Shown here: in pieces, positions 35,878 through 38,771 of the stretch
Numbering within the stretch: position 1 is the first letter of the stretch
How the letters are laid out: each line of letters begins with the position of its first letter
Virus record (IMG/VR): IMGVR_UViG_3300049172_000213
Location: 1 to 38,771 of that record
Direction: 5' to 3' (one strand)
Source of the DNA: a virus
Taxonomy: Duplodnaviria; Caudoviricetes
DNA: 38,771 nt
Made by a program: the position numbers and the translations under genes
The notes under the pieces: model-generated
Databases searched by the model: none
What the model was told of the DNA's origin: nothing
The model's input: only the letters and a program-made list of their open reading frames with translations

Positions 35878-35990
35878 GGATGAGGCCCGGGCACAATCCC
35901 GGGCACTTTATCTAAGCGGCCGCCTCCATAGTGCTTATAATTCAATGATTTAGGCGCGGCAGAATTTCGGATGGTCCAGCAAGGGCCGTG
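35869..35990. other. att-like prophage boundary: arm-type repeats, IHF-like site, core region
   Basis: CCCGGGCACAAT-CCCGGGCACTTT 12-bp-period repeat; ATTCAATGATTTA is one mismatch from WATCAANNNNTTR; abrupt composition change. Confidence 0.65.
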
Positions 35991-37156
35991 CACTGGTCGT
36001 GAACGTGCAGGCGGCGGACCAGAACACCATCGCGGGCGTCATGCTGCCCGCGGGCTCGGGCCGGTCGGTCGAGCTGCTGGATGGCGGCCTCGTGCTGATG
36101 GGCTGCGACATCTATGGCAGCGTCCATGTCCATGACGCGGCGGACAGCCTGCAGATCCTTGGCTGCGACCTGAAGACGACGAGCTTCACGGGGCAGAGCG
36201 CAGCGGCGCTGCAGAAGATGCAGATCTCGGGCAGCCGCCTGCCCTCCTCCGTCGGCATTGCGCGCAGTATCGGCGGGCAGTCCGAGCTGGCCGCGATCTC
36301 CTCCTCCGGCGTGATCGAGACGCGTCTCTCGGCACGCTCCGACGGGATCGTGGCGGTGCATCGGCGCAGTGGCAGCGCCGGCGCGATGCTGCGCCTGCAC
36401 GGCAGTGCCGACACGGCGGCGGCATCCCTCAGCGTGGCGGGAAACGACGTGTTCATGGCCGGCGACGCCACACTGAACCCGAACGCGGCCTTCGCCTTTG
36501 GCGGCACGGGCATGACGCAGCCGCTGACCCTGCGGCTGCGGCGCCTTTCCACCACGCCCGCGGCGAATGACCGCATCTTCTCGCTGGAAGGCAACGGCAG
36601 CAACAGCGCGGCGGCCGAGGTAACCTATGGCCGGGTCGCCACCCTGGCGGAAGGCGTGGCGGCCGGGGCGGAATCCGGCGCGGTGGTCATCGAGACGCGA
36701 TCGGCCGGCGTGCTGGCCGAGCGGATGCGCATCGCCTCCTCCGGTGCCGTGACGCTGACGGGGCCGCTGACCCTGCCTGCCGATCCCACCACCGCCATGC
36801 AGGCGGCGACGCGCAACTACGTGGACAACAGCTTCCTCCAGCGCCCCATCCCCATGGTGGTGACGGCGGCGGCCACGCCGCTGACCTTCGCCACGCATAA
36901 CGCACGGATGATCGTGGCCAATGCCGGCACCACCCTGTCCATGGACTGGGCCGCCACCGGCAACGGCTTCTCCTGCCTGGTGGTGAACCGCTCCGGCGCG
37001 GATCTGGCCGTGTCGCTCGCCGGCTTCTCCTCCGCGATCCTCAACCCGGATGGCTATGCCAAGGTGAGGGCCGGCGGCGTCGCCAGCCTGCTGGTCTTCT
37101 CACCGGATGGCGGCACAACGAAGCTCTGCCAGCTCACCGGCGCGGGGGCGGCCTGA
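35954..37156 (+). pseudogene. 3' part of a tail fibre/spike-like gene, apparently interrupted by the prophage
   Basis: Frame open from 35954 (NFGWSSKGRALVVNVQ...) with no RBS at GTG 35999; LTLPADPTTAMQAATRNYVD fibre motif. Confidence 0.6.
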
Positions 37157-38382
37157 TGATCGGCTCCACCCCGGCCATCCATGCGCTTGGTGGCGGTCCG
37201 CTCCGGCTGGTCACGCCGGGCGGACTCCTGCCGTCGCTCGGCTTCGCCCGCGCCTCCGCCGCGCTGGCCCTGGGCGCCACCGGCACCAGCTGGCAGCAGG
37301 CCGGCGCGGATGCGCCCCGCTTCGGCGGCACGGCCCGGCGCCTTCTCGTCGAGGGTGCGCGCACGAACCAGTTCACCAACCCGCGCAGCGAGGGCGCGGT
37401 TCCCGGCATCGTGGGCGCCGGCGGCCAGCTGCCGACCGGCGGAAGCGTTGCCACGGATGCCGGGCTCACGACCGAGGTGGCCGGCACAGGCACCGAGGAC
37501 GGGCTCCCCTATGTTGAGCTCCGCCTTTTCGGCACCCCGAGCGCGAGCATCTACCAGCTCAATCACGGCGGCGGCGCAACCTCCATCGCGGAAGGCCAGA
37601 TCTGGACCTACAGCCTGTTCATCAGGGTGACGGGCGGCAGCACCAACGGCGTCAACTACTTCGCCCCGGCGTTCGTGACCAACATGAATGTCGGCATTCC
37701 CACCGGCACGGCGCTCCGGAATTGCCGGGTTTCGGCGGCATGGCCCATCGCATCCGCCGGAAATTCCATCGGGCGCCTCCGGATCAGCCTGGCGACCGGC
37801 CAGCCGGTGGACATGACCTTCCGCCTGGCCGTGCCACAGCTCGAGCTCGGCGCCTTCGCCTCCAGCCCGATCCTGCCGCCCGCCGGCACGATCGCCGTCA
37901 GCACGCGCGCGGCGGATGTGCCGGCCTATGCCCTGCCCGCCGCCGCCCAGCCGCGCGGAACCCTCGTCGGCACCTTCATGCTGCCGCAGGCAGCCGCATC
38001 GGGCACCGAGCAGGGCCTGCTGCAGCTCGACGACGGCAGCGACGGCAACCGCGTCATCCTGCGCAACGCGGCCGGCGGCACGGCGGTGGAGGCAGCGCTC
38101 GTCTCCGGCGGCGTCACAACCGCGGTGCTAGCGGGCGGCGCGATGAGCCCGGGCACGCCCTTCCGCGCGGCGCTGGCCTGGGACCCGGGCGGCGTCGCGC
38201 TCTGCGTGGCGGGTGGCGCGGTCCAGTCGGCCGCGGCGCCGCCGGCAGGGCTGGCGCGCCTGCTGGTCGGCCATGCGTCGGCCGGGCTCGGGCGCCCCGC
38301 CTTCGGCGAGGTGGGCCGGCTTGACCTCCACCCCACCCGCCTGCCGGGCACCGCCCTGCAGGCGCTCACCACCCTCAGCTAG
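37156..38382 (+). CDS. Phage head-spike/fibre-like protein with lectin-like C-terminus
   Basis: FARAS.A...DAPRF....LLVEGARTN, PQLELGAFASSPI...TRAAD motifs. Confidence 0.7.
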   Translation: MIGSTPAIHALGGGPLRLVTPGGLLPSLGFARASAALALGATGTSWQQAGADAPRFGGTARRLLVEGARTNQFTNPRSEGAVPGIVGAGGQLPTGGSVATDAGLTTEVAGTGTEDGLPYVELRLFGTPSASIYQLNHGGGATSIAEGQIWTYSLFIRVTGGSTNGVNYFAPAFVTNMNVGIPTGTALRNCRVSAAWPIASAGNSIGRLRISLATGQPVDMTFRLAVPQLELGAFASSPILPPAGTIAVSTRAADVPAYALPAAAQPRGTLVGTFMLPQAAASGTEQGLLQLDDGSDGNRVILRNAAGGTAVEAALVSGGVTTAVLAGGAMSPGTPFRAALAWDPGGVALCVAGGAVQSAAAPPAGLARLLVGHASAGLGRPAFGEVGRLDLHPTRLPGTALQALTTLS

Positions 38383-38396
38383 ACGGGAGCCTTCCC

Positions 38397-38771
38397 ATGT
38401 CCGACCTAACCGACTACGCCCGCAATCTGCTGGCCCGTGCCGTCTGCGCCCGGGGCCCGAGCCTTCCCACCACCGTCTATGCGGCACTCGGCACCGGCGG
38501 CACCGCAGCCGCGGGGCTCACCGGGGAGCCGGCCGGCAACGGCTATGCCCGCCAGCGCGTGACTTTCACCGGCACCGGCCCGCAGCGCAACGCCGAGGCG
38601 CTGCGCTTCGTCTTCGCGGCATCGGCCGGGACGCTGACCCATGTGGGGCTGTATGACGCGGCCTCGGGCGGCAACCCGCTGCTCGTCTCGCCACTCAACG
38701 CCGCCGTCGCGATGACGGGCGCGGGCACGGTGACGGTGGCCGCGGAAAGCCTAGTGGTGAATCCTAGCTGA
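38397..38771 (+). CDS. Small phage tail fibre-associated structural protein
   Basis: MSDLTDYARNLL...VYAAL...EPAGNGYARQ.VTF...LTHVGLYDAASGGN.L. Confidence 0.75.
   Translation: MSDLTDYARNLLARAVCARGPSLPTTVYAALGTGGTAAAGLTGEPAGNGYARQRVTFTGTGPQRNAEALRFVFAASAGTLTHVGLYDAASGGNPLLVSPLNAAVAMTGAGTVTVAAESLVVNPS

Larger units (their letters stand above)
1..35965. mobile_element. Temperate siphovirus-like prophage (left part and integrase outside window)
   Basis: Contiguous head, tail, packaging, replication, immunity and excisionase modules; att-like junction at about 35880-35990. Confidence 0.95.

Noticed and set aside
35955-35995. tRNA/tmRNA fragment at the att site
   Set aside because: TTCGGATGG only loosely recalls a T-loop; no acceptor stem or CCA end

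Overview
This window holds about 36 kb of a GC-rich temperate long-tailed (siphovirus-like, HK97-type head) prophage, probably from an alphaproteobacterium (inferred from the gene families). Its right boundary lies near 35880-35990. The minus strand carries, left to right: receptor-binding and tail-tip genes (including an SGNH esterase), tape measure, frameshifted tail chaperones, tail tube, neck genes, capsid, protease, portal, terL, terS, HNH, a late regulator, a RepB-primase/PriCT-2/DUF3987 replication gene with a downstream iteron-like origin, a cII-like gene and cro. The plus strand carries a short cI-like repressor, an AT-richer accessory block with a RelE-like toxin / XRE antitoxin / DUF6941-like triad, an arc/mnt/antirepressor module and an AlpA-type excisionase. 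No integrase or recognisable lysis genes are in the window; both presumably lie beyond the left edge. The att-like junction abuts a seemingly 5'-truncated tail-fibre-like gene belonging to a second phage-derived cluster, so this prophage seems to be inserted inside another element's gene. All family assignments come from motif recognition by eye, not from database searches.
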